From Bacteroidales bacterium Phil12 (GTDB lineage: Bacteria > Bacteroidota > Bacteroidia > Bacteroidales > P3), in contig NWBO01000165.1 of NCBI GenBank assembly GCA_002633275.1, positions 11,015 through 75,014 on the forward strand: 64,000 nt of DNA. The letters are read 5' to 3'. The translations under genes and the position numbers were made by a program. A model generated the notes under the pieces. It had not been told where the DNA came from. It made no database searches and saw only the letters and a list, made by a program, of their open reading frames with translations. Positions 46,332 to 55,506 of the stretch are shown piece after piece. Each line of letters begins with the position of its first letter. The stretch's first letter is position 1.

Positions 46332-47444
46332 ATGAAAACATTTATTTCATTCGTACGAAAAGAATTTCTGCATATTCTAAGAGACAAAACAACATTGTTG
46401 ATAATGTTCGCTATGCCTATTGTGATGATTATATTGTTTTCTTATGCCATTTCCACGGAAGTAAAAAATATAAGTGTTGCTGTTTTGGATTTTTCAAAAG
46501 ACGAACAAACAAATCGTATAATCGAAAAATTTAATCAAAACAAATATTTTCAAATCAAACAATATCTGACAACGAACAAAGAGATTGAAGTGGCTTTTAA
46601 GGAAAAGAAAATTAATTTGGTTATGGTTTTTTCGGAGAATTTCGCAGAAAATATGCTGCATACTCACGAAGCAAGCATTCAACTGCTCGCCGACGGAAGC
46701 GAAGCCAATTCGGGTGCGATGTACATAGGCTATGCACAAGGGGTTTTGGGTTCTTATCTTAAAGAAATAAACTCCGATGCAGGAGCAACACAATCTTTTC
46801 AAATACAAACCAATTCGACCATGCTATACAACCCTCAAAGCAAATCCGAATATAATTTTGTACCTGGCGTTATAGGTATGATGCTTTTGTTGCTTAACGC
46901 CATGATGTCGTCCATTGCAATCGTAAGAGAGAAAGAACGTGGCACAATGGAATTGTTATTGGCTTCGCCCATGCCTCCGATACAAATAATACTATCCAAG
47001 ACTATCCCTTATCTGACCTTATCGTCCATAACTCTGTTGTTGGTTTTGGTTTTTGCACATTTCGTTGTCGGCGTTCCGATTAACGGCAGTGTGGGATTGT
47101 TATTGCTATTGTGTCTGCTGTATATATTTACGGCGTTATCCATGGGGCTTTTGATTTCAACCGTTATGCAGACGCAAATATCGGCAATGTTGGTTTCGGG
47201 TATGGTGTTAATGTTGCCGACGATTATGTTATCGGGTATGGTTTTCCCTATCGAGAGTATGCCAAATATTTTACAATGGCTGTCCTGCATAGTACCTGCG
47301 AGGTGGTTTATATCTGCACTCAGAAAAATTATGATTCAAGGAGTGGATATTACAGCGGTGAGTACGGAATTTTTGATATTGATTGGTATGGTCGTTCTTT
47401 ATTTAATCATTGCGTTAAAGAAATTCAAAATACGTTTGCAATAG
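46332..47444 (+). CDS. ABC-2 type transporter permease
   Basis: 370 aa with an N-terminal TM segment, a large loop and a C-terminal cluster of five TM segments (..REKERGTMELLLASP..). Confidence 0.85.
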   Translation: MKTFISFVRKEFLHILRDKTTLLIMFAMPIVMIILFSYAISTEVKNISVAVLDFSKDEQTNRIIEKFNQNKYFQIKQYLTTNKEIEVAFKEKKINLVMVFSENFAENMLHTHEASIQLLADGSEANSGAMYIGYAQGVLGSYLKEINSDAGATQSFQIQTNSTMLYNPQSKSEYNFVPGVIGMMLLLLNAMMSSIAIVREKERGTMELLLASPMPPIQIILSKTIPYLTLSSITLLLVLVFAHFVVGVPINGSVGLLLLLCLLYIFTALSMGLLISTVMQTQISAMLVSGMVLMLPTIMLSGMVFPIESMPNILQWLSCIVPARWFISALRKIMIQGVDITAVSTEFLILIGMVVLYLIIALKKFKIRLQ

Positions 47445-47459
47445 AAAGGAGTAATTATT

Positions 47460-48572
47460 ATGTTAAAACATTTGATAATAAAAGAATTCAAACAATTGTT
47501 TCGCGGTGGATTTATCCCCAAATTATTAATATTTATGCCAATAGCAATGATAGGCATTCTGCCATTTGCGGCTAATCAAGAAATAAAACATCTGAAAGTA
47601 ACGATTGTCGATAATGACAAAAGTTCTGTAAGTGAAAAACTATGCGAAAAAGTAAGTGCTTCAAAATATTTCACATTGACAGAGGTGGGTTCTTCACACA
47701 GGCAGGCAATTAAAAGTATCGAAAAAGGCGATGTTGATTTGATTGTCGAGATACCTGATGATTTTGAAAAAAATTTAGTCAAAAACGGATTGGGTAAAGT
47801 GCAAATCAGCGTCAATAGTGTAAATGGTATGAAAGGAATGCTTGCCAACAATTATATGAATAGCATAATAAATGAGTATGCAAACGAAATGAAAGAGAAA
47901 TATTCAACGCAGCAGCCGTCATTTCACGCACAAGTATTCAGTATTAAACCTTATTATTTGTTCAACCCTAAATTGGATTACAAAATATTTATGGTTCCCG
48001 CCATTATGGTTATGCTTTTAACTTTGATGTGTGGTTTTTTACCGGCATTAAACATCGTTGGCGAGAAAGAGAAAGGCACTATCGAGCAAATAAATGTAAC
48101 ACCCGTAACCCGTTTCGCCTTTATCCTTTCCAAACTTATCCCTTATTGGATTATAGGTTTTGTGTTGTTTGGTTTTTCAATGTTTTTGGCGTGGTTATTT
48201 TACGGATTAACGCCTGTGGGCAGTGTTTTTACGATGTTTATATTCGTTATTGCGTATATAATTGCCATTTCGGGGTTTGGCCTTGTCATTTCCAATTATG
48301 CAAAAACCATGAGCCAGGCGATGTTCTTGATTTTCTTTTTTATGCTTGTCTTTATATTGATGTCGGGATTATTCACTCCTGTTGCTTCAATGCCACAGTG
48401 GGCGCAATACATTGCAGCAGCAAATCCTTTGAAATATTTTATCGAAGTTATGCGTATGATTTATTTGAAAGGAAGCGGTTTATCGGCTTTAATAACCAAT
48501 TTATTAGCTATAATAACTGTTGCAATAGTGTTAAACACGTGGGCAATCATATCATATAAGAAAACAAACTAA
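47460..48572 (+). CDS. ABC-2 type transporter permease (paralog)
   Basis: Same architecture as the previous permease (..GEKEKGTIEQINVTP..). Confidence 0.85.
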   Translation: MLKHLIIKEFKQLFRGGFIPKLLIFMPIAMIGILPFAANQEIKHLKVTIVDNDKSSVSEKLCEKVSASKYFTLTEVGSSHRQAIKSIEKGDVDLIVEIPDDFEKNLVKNGLGKVQISVNSVNGMKGMLANNYMNSIINEYANEMKEKYSTQQPSFHAQVFSIKPYYLFNPKLDYKIFMVPAIMVMLLTLMCGFLPALNIVGEKEKGTIEQINVTPVTRFAFILSKLIPYWIIGFVLFGFSMFLAWLFYGLTPVGSVFTMFIFVIAYIIAISGFGLVISNYAKTMSQAMFLIFFFMLVFILMSGLFTPVASMPQWAQYIAAANPLKYFIEVMRMIYLKGSGLSALITNLLAIITVAIVLNTWAIISYKKTN

Positions 48573-48596
48573 TCGGCAAACAACAATAATAATAAA

Positions 48597-48629
48597 AGCG
48601 GAAGGCTTAATTGTATTAAGTCTTCCGCT
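48597..48629. terminator. Hairpin at the convergent gene junction
   Basis: AGCGGAAGGCTTAAT-TGT-ATTAAGTCTTCCGCT, with 14/15 positions paired. It lies between the stops at 48572 (+) and 48672 (-) and is preceded by an A-rich tract. Confidence 0.6.
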
Positions 48630-48671
48630 GTGATAGATAACAAAAAGTAGTTATCTTATTAAAAGATTCTT

Positions 48672-51089
48672 TTATCTATTAACAACCATTTTAGTTGTAG
48701 CAGCTTTTGCGCCATTAACTTTAACTGTGCAAATATAAGAACCGTTAGCCAATTTGCTTGCATCGATATTTGCTTTGTTAGCAATACCTGCATTACGCAT
48801 ACCCTCGTTCAAAGAAAGAACCGTTCTACCCATAAGGTCAGATACCTCGATTGTAACTTTACCGCTTGTAGCCAAAGTATAATCAAGAACAGCATTGTCT
48901 TTTGCAGGGTTAGGGAATAGGTTCATAGATGCAGTGTTTTCTGTTGCGTCAGTCAAACCGCCTTTGTTTTTACCAATCATCAAACGGATAAGTGGAACAT
49001 CGTCTGTAAAACTATAAATAGAACCCCAAGCCCATTGATATTGACCTGTTGTAGGAACACCAGGAGAATAAATTACCAAGTTACCAACAGTTGCTAAGTC
49101 GTCTTCACCTTGTTCATTGACAGTAGGAATGTGAGAATAACCGATACGGAATACGTTTGTAAAAGGAACTGATTGTGCCACTTGGAATTTACCGTCTATT
49201 GCGTTTTCGTAGCAAGCGTAATAAAGAGTGTTAGGCTCTAATTTAACGCTCTGATTTTTGAAAGGAAGATAGATAGCCTTTAAGTTCTGTCCATCAACAT
49301 AAAATACTTTATTATATCTGTCTGCCTCAGGAACATCAAGCAAATCGCTTGCTTGAACTTCGTAGATTTCACTTTCAAGCATTTGATCTTCTTCACCTGC
49401 TGCATTTGTATATAAAACAGGAGCGACAGCATCGTCATTGCTTGCTGCTTCCAAATCAAGTTTCCACAAAGAAGATTTAATCATAGCACCCGGTTCATTA
49501 AACGTAAAACTGTAATCTGCCGTACTTGCTGCTGAACAATTAATAGCAGGAACAACCTCAACACCCCAAGCATACGCATCTTCCGTGAAGTTTTTAGCAG
49601 CGAAACCTAAACATACTCTGTAACCCGCAGATTCAACATTGGCTTCTCCGTAATAAACGTTATTACCAACTTGGTGATATCCATGATTGAAGTGATAATT
49701 TACTCCTGATCCAGAAGCGTCTCTTGACCAACGATAAACGCCGGCTTCTGCATCGATAGGCTCCGTAACTGAATATCTATATATAAGAGGGTCTTCCATA
49801 GTACCAGAAACATCTGCACTTATAGTTTCAGTCTTGGTTTGACCGTCTTCTTGATAATCATAAGATATGGTATTCATAACACCATAATAACCGGCACCGT
49901 CATTCAATTGATTTGTTTCGTATGCTTCCATCCACTCTATATCTCTAAGAAACATAATTGGATTATTGTTCTCATCTCTACCTTCTACTTCAAATGCATC
50001 AGTACTCAAAACGTCTTGAACACCTATGTTAGCAACAACAGCATCCGAATTAAAATCAAAATAAATGGAATCGCTACCATTATAAGATTCTCCTGGAAAT
50101 ACAACAGCCTTAACCATATTGTTCTTAACAGTTACGTTAGTAAGGTCGTTTGCACCGGAGTTATTAACTTTTACTCTTGAATAGAAAGGCTCTGCCTCTA
50201 CTATTTCAGGAAGTACTCTGTAACCACCATAGAAATCGTGATCCAAAACATCCAAGTTATATTCAGGAGTTTCTGCCCAAGCTATGTCATCAACAAAGAA
50301 TGCATAACCGTGAGGCTGTACCGATGATGCAGGAACTTTTACTCTGATACGGATATAAGTTTGCTCTCCCGGGTCCTCAGAAATCAAAGAACAATTGCTT
50401 GTGTTTGTAGGAAGAGTTATTTTCAAAGTACCAAATGTATATTCAGAAGGGTCTAACATATAATTTCTTGCATTAAATTCCATTGAATCATATACTGCAA
50501 AATCTTCGGAGTGAGACCAATCAATGTAATATTTATCCGTATTAAATCTCATACAGAACTGAGAAATATAAATATCCACACCTCTTAGTCCATAAGTGTT
50601 GATTGACTGTGTAGGTCTAATCCAAGCATTAATCACTTGATTTCCATCATTGTCTACATACTTAACGTCATACAAATTAAGATATGCAAAGCCGTTATTT
50701 GCAGACATATTAGCCCAGCCCGGATCTGTCAAAATACTCCAATTACCTGCCGAACCTAAACCAAGCAGATTTGTTATAACCCCGTTTGGCGTACCTGTCC
50801 ATACACCGGTTGTGTCAGGTCTTATTTGAAATTTAGATTCTTTTCCAGTTGCAGAATGTCCGGCTGCCGTACCAATTACATAACTGTCTGCACTTGAAAA
50901 ATCAGTTAGAAGCGTTGTTCCCGTAGGATGTGCCTTAGCAACGGCTTTCTTTACAGGAAGTGTGAAAGCGGACTGTTGTCTTACAGCCGCGTTTCCTCTG
51001 TTCATAGTTGCATTATCTTTAACATTTACCTGTGCAAAAACGCCGGTAGAAGCTAACAACAACGCAACTGCCAATAATGTTTTTTTCAT
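48672..51089 (-). CDS. Secreted protein of unknown function with a C-terminal T9SS sorting domain (Por_Secre_tail type)
   Basis: Signal peptide MKKTLLAVALLLASTGVFAQ. C-terminal ..NLFPNPAKDNAVLDYTL..GKVTIEVSDLMGRTVLS....ASKLANGSYICTVKVNGAKAATTKMVVNR. Confidence 0.8.
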   Translation of the reverse strand: MKKTLLAVALLLASTGVFAQVNVKDNATMNRGNAAVRQQSAFTLPVKKAVAKAHPTGTTLLTDFSSADSYVIGTAAGHSATGKESKFQIRPDTTGVWTGTPNGVITNLLGLGSAGNWSILTDPGWANMSANNGFAYLNLYDVKYVDNDGNQVINAWIRPTQSINTYGLRGVDIYISQFCMRFNTDKYYIDWSHSEDFAVYDSMEFNARNYMLDPSEYTFGTLKITLPTNTSNCSLISEDPGEQTYIRIRVKVPASSVQPHGYAFFVDDIAWAETPEYNLDVLDHDFYGGYRVLPEIVEAEPFYSRVKVNNSGANDLTNVTVKNNMVKAVVFPGESYNGSDSIYFDFNSDAVVANIGVQDVLSTDAFEVEGRDENNNPIMFLRDIEWMEAYETNQLNDGAGYYGVMNTISYDYQEDGQTKTETISADVSGTMEDPLIYRYSVTEPIDAEAGVYRWSRDASGSGVNYHFNHGYHQVGNNVYYGEANVESAGYRVCLGFAAKNFTEDAYAWGVEVVPAINCSAASTADYSFTFNEPGAMIKSSLWKLDLEAASNDDAVAPVLYTNAAGEEDQMLESEIYEVQASDLLDVPEADRYNKVFYVDGQNLKAIYLPFKNQSVKLEPNTLYYACYENAIDGKFQVAQSVPFTNVFRIGYSHIPTVNEQGEDDLATVGNLVIYSPGVPTTGQYQWAWGSIYSFTDDVPLIRLMIGKNKGGLTDATENTASMNLFPNPAKDNAVLDYTLATSGKVTIEVSDLMGRTVLSLNEGMRNAGIANKANIDASKLANGSYICTVKVNGAKAATTKMVVNR

Positions 51090-51305
51090 TTTACTGTTGA
51101 TTTAAGTGTTAATATTTTCTTCTGTTATAAATATACTCTATCTATTATTCAAGTTGCAAATTTACAATTTTTTTTTATCATACAAACTTTTTGTCGTAAA
51201 AAATTGCGAATATATGTTTCATTTGTCTGTTTCCCTCACCGTAAAACATATCAATAAATGTTCCAATCCGTCAATAACAAAAACAAAATGCAAAACCCAC
51301 AAATT

Positions 51306-51389
51306 AATCATTGAAACTATTTTACCAATCATTAACACTAATTTACCAATCACTGTAACTATTTCAGTGATGTTAAACACTATTTTAGC
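51306..51389. repeat. 21-bp-period repeat array F (4 units, opposite orientation to array D)
   Basis: AATCATTGAAACTATTTTACC / AATCATTAACACTAATTTACC / AATCACTGTAACTATTTCAGT / GATGTTAAACACTATTTTAGC. Confidence 0.85.
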
Positions 51390-51447
51390 GAAAATACATT
51401 AAGTTAAAACAATCAATTAAAAACAATAAAATTATTGCTTATCGGCT

Positions 51448-52626
51448 TTATTTCAAAAGGCGTTCAAGTTTCTCTGTACTTGTTTGCCAAGAGTAATTTT
51501 CTTTGACAAATTTATTTCCCGACTCTGCAATTTTTTGGCGTAATGTTTCGTCTTGCAGCAAAGACAATATATGTTCGGCAAGTTCGTTTTCATTATCTCC
51601 GACCAATACATCACGTCCATGAATCGACCTTAAAGCAGCATTGGCAAGAGTGGTCGTTATACAAGGCAGGCTCATCGCCATTGCTTCAAGCAACTTGTTT
51701 TGCAGCCCTGTACCTATCTGCATCGGGGCAATAAATATTCGGCTTTGGGCGTAATATGGTTTCATATCATCGACCCAACCCGTTACCGTAACTTTATCGC
51801 TTTGCAAAGCCAAAACTTCTTTTGTCGGATTGCTTCCCGCAAGGCATACAGTGATATTGGGAAAAGTTTTCCAAACCAACGGCATAATTTTCTCAACCAA
51901 GAACTTTGCTGCCACAACATTCGGTTTGTAGGACATATTTCCCGAAAAAATAATATCGAAAACAATATCGGCATTTTTGGGATAGGAAAAATACGATTCC
52001 TCCACCCCATTCTCCACTATTTCAATCTCGTTTCGCCTTGACGAAACCACGCAATCTCTGTCTTGCGAAGTTATTATCGTTGTGAAATCGAATATGGAAA
52101 ACATTTTGTTTTCATATTTCCGCAGCCGTTTGACTTCTTGCATCAATATTGTTTTAACGAAAAACGACGATACATTGGCACGGCGAAGCATATTCATTGA
52201 AAGACAATCTTGAAAGTCCAAGACCATTTTCGGAGTATGGTTGTCGTTGCCTTTGATATACTTGGCATATTGACCGCTTCTGACAAACTGGAAATAAATG
52301 CTGTCGGGGCGTACATAATTATAATAATGCAGGAAATTTTTCTTGGATTTATCGGTCGTAAATAGTGATACCTGCAAAGGCAATCGAGTAAATAAGTTTT
52401 TTAATAAAGACAATAACAAAGGAAACAATCGCAATTTTTCGATATGAACATCTTTACAAAAGGCTTTAACTTGTTTTATATGCTCCGTTTCAACATTCTT
52501 AAAACTCAATGCGAACAAATAAACTTCGTTGCCTTTTGCCAATTGTTTTATTTGGTTAAAGGCTCTTAGTTTATCTCCTTTGTTGAGCGGAAATGGAAAG
52601 CGTGGCAAAAAGACAAGTATTTTCAT
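51448..52626 (-). CDS. Glycosyltransferase, GT4-like (group 1)
   Basis: MKILVFLPRFPFPLNKGDKLR.. and C-terminal ..GTGLQNKLLEAMAMSLPCITT. The ATG at 52626 lies 1 nt from the upstream stop (the track start is 52659). Confidence 0.8.
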   Translation of the reverse strand: MKILVFLPRFPFPLNKGDKLRAFNQIKQLAKGNEVYLFALSFKNVETEHIKQVKAFCKDVHIEKLRLFPLLLSLLKNLFTRLPLQVSLFTTDKSKKNFLHYYNYVRPDSIYFQFVRSGQYAKYIKGNDNHTPKMVLDFQDCLSMNMLRRANVSSFFVKTILMQEVKRLRKYENKMFSIFDFTTIITSQDRDCVVSSRRNEIEIVENGVEESYFSYPKNADIVFDIIFSGNMSYKPNVVAAKFLVEKIMPLVWKTFPNITVCLAGSNPTKEVLALQSDKVTVTGWVDDMKPYYAQSRIFIAPMQIGTGLQNKLLEAMAMSLPCITTTLANAALRSIHGRDVLVGDNENELAEHILSLLQDETLRQKIAESGNKFVKENYSWQTSTEKLERLLK

Positions 52627-52627
52627 A

Positions 52628-53827
52628 TTATTGTTCCAAGAGTTTTTCGTATTCGCCAATAATATAAGAAGCGATTACGTTGGTATCATACTTTTGTTTT
52701 ATCAATTTGCAGGCGTTTTCTCCGATTTGCCTGCAATAATCCTTGTCGCAGACAAGTTTTTTTATCGCTTGGGCAAATTCTTCGGGGGTATCGGCAATAA
52801 GGATATTGACACCGTTTTCGTACATTATGCCTTCGGCAGCGATAGAAGTGGCAACAACGGTTTTTGACAAACTCATAGCCTCCAAAATCTTGATACGAAT
52901 ACCGCTTCCCGACAACAACGGCACTACCATAATCTGTTTGCTGCACATAAAAGAGGTACTGTCGGCAACTTCTCCCACGACATTGACGTTTTGCCAAGTA
53001 TTGTCAGTGAAATAAGAGGGCATATATCGTCCAGCCAAGTAAAGTTGCACTTCGGGAGTTGTTTTAATAATTTCCTGCCAAACATCGTTCAAAAACCATT
53101 TAATACCCTGCTCGTTCGGAAACCAATTCATACTGCCGATATGGAACAGAGAATTTTCTTCCAACGCAACTTCGGGCAAGTCTTCCATAACCTCAAATCC
53201 GATAGGCACGCCCTTACAAGGTTTCTTGCAACCCATATCCTTGAAATACTCGGCATCGATATCGGTCACGGGAAAAACCATATCAAAATCGTTGATATGC
53301 GATTGTTCATAGTATTTCATATTAATGGCAGTGTTATGCAAATACCAACGTTTGAAAATATTTTTCTCATTCTTGTAAATCCTTTGCCAAATAAGGTGTT
53401 CCACATTAGGACAATGGAAAGAGATTTTTGCGTTTGAATATTGACGAATAAGAGGAATATAGGAAACAAGGTTTATGCTTTCAATCTGAACTATATCATA
53501 GTTTTCTTTTTGCAGAATATCGATTAATTTGGTGCGCATTTGGGGGCTGACAAATCTTTCAACGACATAACTTCTTGCAATAAACACATAAAGCAAAGCA
53601 TCAAAGACATTAGGTTTCAGATTAACATAAACGCCTTCGGGAGAGTAAGTGTCTATATATTTTTGTGGCAACAAATCTTTCTCAAACGGCTTTTTGTCGG
53701 AATAGAATGTTAAAACCTTGACGTTATGCCCGAGATTGGTAAATCCCTGAGCCACGCTGTACATACCGATAGTGCCGCCATCAACGGCAGGATATGGAGG
53801 TTTGTAACAAAATTGGAGTATATTCAT
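52628..53827 (-). CDS. Glycosyltransferase, GT4-like (group 1)
   Basis: MNILQFCYKPPYPAVDGGTIGMY.. and ..GSGIRIKILEAMSLSKTVVAT. Confidence 0.8.
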   Translation of the reverse strand: MNILQFCYKPPYPAVDGGTIGMYSVAQGFTNLGHNVKVLTFYSDKKPFEKDLLPQKYIDTYSPEGVYVNLKPNVFDALLYVFIARSYVVERFVSPQMRTKLIDILQKENYDIVQIESINLVSYIPLIRQYSNAKISFHCPNVEHLIWQRIYKNEKNIFKRWYLHNTAINMKYYEQSHINDFDMVFPVTDIDAEYFKDMGCKKPCKGVPIGFEVMEDLPEVALEENSLFHIGSMNWFPNEQGIKWFLNDVWQEIIKTTPEVQLYLAGRYMPSYFTDNTWQNVNVVGEVADSTSFMCSKQIMVVPLLSGSGIRIKILEAMSLSKTVVATSIAAEGIMYENGVNILIADTPEEFAQAIKKLVCDKDYCRQIGENACKLIKQKYDTNVIASYIIGEYEKLLEQ

Positions 53828-53907
53828 TTCTTTATGCTTTTAGTCTTTAATTTTCTTATCAATGTTTTTTCAAACAACAATTACAAAAATTTGGTTAATG
53901 CTTTCAA

Positions 53908-55383
53908 TTATTCGTCCTTTGGTTTTGTATCGGTGGTCGATGTATCGGCAATTATCTCAGCCGTTTTGCTTTTCTTAATCTTAAACAAAGCGAAAAATTT
54001 TGCAAATAACCTTTGCCAATTTTCTGCCGATAGGACTTTGCTGTCAGTCATCGCCTTTATGGTTAAAAATATTCCGACAGGCAAAAATATTATGGACGAA
54101 AGCCACATAGCAACCAATGGAGAAAGACTGCCTGTCTTTGCAGCGGATTCCCCAATCATTCCGATAACGTAATATATTGCAAAAGCAATTATGGACACTA
54201 CGACAGGCATACCCAATCCCCCTTTTCGGATTATAGACCCGAGCGGAGCGCCAATGAAGAACAATATAACGCAGGCAATGGACAAAGTAAATTTTCGATA
54301 GAACTCAATCCAATGACGTGTGATGTATGCTTCATCAAAAGCACGTATTTCCATATTGCTGCCATATTCGTTAAACATTCCGCTCAACAAATCCCTTGCA
54401 TAGTTATCCGTTATTTTTTGTTTCGTACTATCCAATAATGAATAGTCTTTATAAAAATCGCTTTTAACGCTGGAAGTGTTTTTTATTGAGGTGTCGGCGT
54501 GATAACGCTTCATTATAAATTCCGAATAATAGGCTTGGTTTTTCGCAAAAGCGTCTTGCAAAGAATCCACGCGAGTATAAAGTTTTGTAACACCCAATAC
54601 CTTGTAAGAATCGGAGTATTTGTCTTTGTCGCTTTGCTGCATAGCAAAATCACTTACGTCGAAACGCAAAATTTGTTGCTTAAACTTAATTCTTGTCAAG
54701 GGACGCTTTCTGTAATTATCGCCTCCGACATCTTCCGAAAACACTTCGCCGTCGTAAAGTTTGAAAATCATCGTTTGATTATTCTCGGCAGAATACATAT
54801 AACCGCTGTCGGCCTTAATCATTTCGACGTTACCCATATCTTTGTTGTGATTGTAAATCAAAACGCCGTACATCTTGTTGGTTCGTTTATCTTTCTTGTC
54901 GATACGAATAACATAAGAAGATATTTGTGTATAAAACTCGTTCGGGCGGATATTGATTGCGGGTTTTTTGTCTTTGATATCTGCCGCCAATTGTTTGGTT
55001 CGCAAATCCGCAGCAGGTATCACCCAACCGGAAAAGTAAAAAGCCACACACGAAAAAACTACGGCAAGAATTATCAGCGGACGGAATATTCTCCAAAGTG
55101 ATAAGCCTGCACTTTTCATAGCTACCAATTCGTATTTCTCGCCAAAATTACCCATAGTCATTATGGATGCAAGCAGTATGCTTAACGGCAACGCCATAGG
55201 TACCATAGTCGCAGAAGCATAAGCAAATAACTCCAAAAGAGTTGTCCATTCCAAACCTTTACCTATCAATGTTTCTATTTTTCTCCATAGAAAGGTCATA
55301 ACCAATACAAACATCGATATTGAAAAAGTCAGCAACAGCGGCCCCAAAAAGGATTTTATTATAAGTTTATCTAATTTTTTCAC
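53908..55383 (-). CDS. LptF/LptG-family (YjgP/YjgQ) permease
   Basis: MKKLDKLIIKSFLGPLLLTFSISMFVLVM.. Three N-terminal TM segments, a large periplasmic loop and three C-terminal TM segments. Confidence 0.8.
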   Translation of the reverse strand: MKKLDKLIIKSFLGPLLLTFSISMFVLVMTFLWRKIETLIGKGLEWTTLLELFAYASATMVPMALPLSILLASIMTMGNFGEKYELVAMKSAGLSLWRIFRPLIILAVVFSCVAFYFSGWVIPAADLRTKQLAADIKDKKPAINIRPNEFYTQISSYVIRIDKKDKRTNKMYGVLIYNHNKDMGNVEMIKADSGYMYSAENNQTMIFKLYDGEVFSEDVGGDNYRKRPLTRIKFKQQILRFDVSDFAMQQSDKDKYSDSYKVLGVTKLYTRVDSLQDAFAKNQAYYSEFIMKRYHADTSIKNTSSVKSDFYKDYSLLDSTKQKITDNYARDLLSGMFNEYGSNMEIRAFDEAYITRHWIEFYRKFTLSIACVILFFIGAPLGSIIRKGGLGMPVVVSIIAFAIYYVIGMIGESAAKTGSLSPLVAMWLSSIIFLPVGIFLTIKAMTDSKVLSAENWQRLFAKFFALFKIKKSKTAEIIADTSTTDTKPKDE

Positions 55384-55403
55384 AACAAATATCTTTCAGA
55401 CCG

Positions 55404-55411
55404 CAAAGTTA
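55404..55411 (-). promoter_or_regulatory. -7 box TAACTTTG for the lptF/G-like gene
   Basis: The reverse complement of CAAAGTTA matches TAnnTTTG. It lies 21 nt upstream of the ATG at 55383. Confidence 0.45.
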
Positions 55412-55424
55412 CAAATATTATTTG

Positions 55425-55432
55425 TATTTTTG
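55425..55432 (+). promoter_or_regulatory. -7 box TATTTTTG for the DPP III gene (divergent promoter pair)
   Basis: TAnnTTTG followed by C, 75 nt upstream of the ATG at 55507. Confidence 0.4.
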
Positions 55433-55506
55433 CAAAAACATAAGGTAATAACTTGTTGCAAGCATAAAGGAACATCGCAAAAGTTATTCATAAATTCAGA
55501 AACGAT

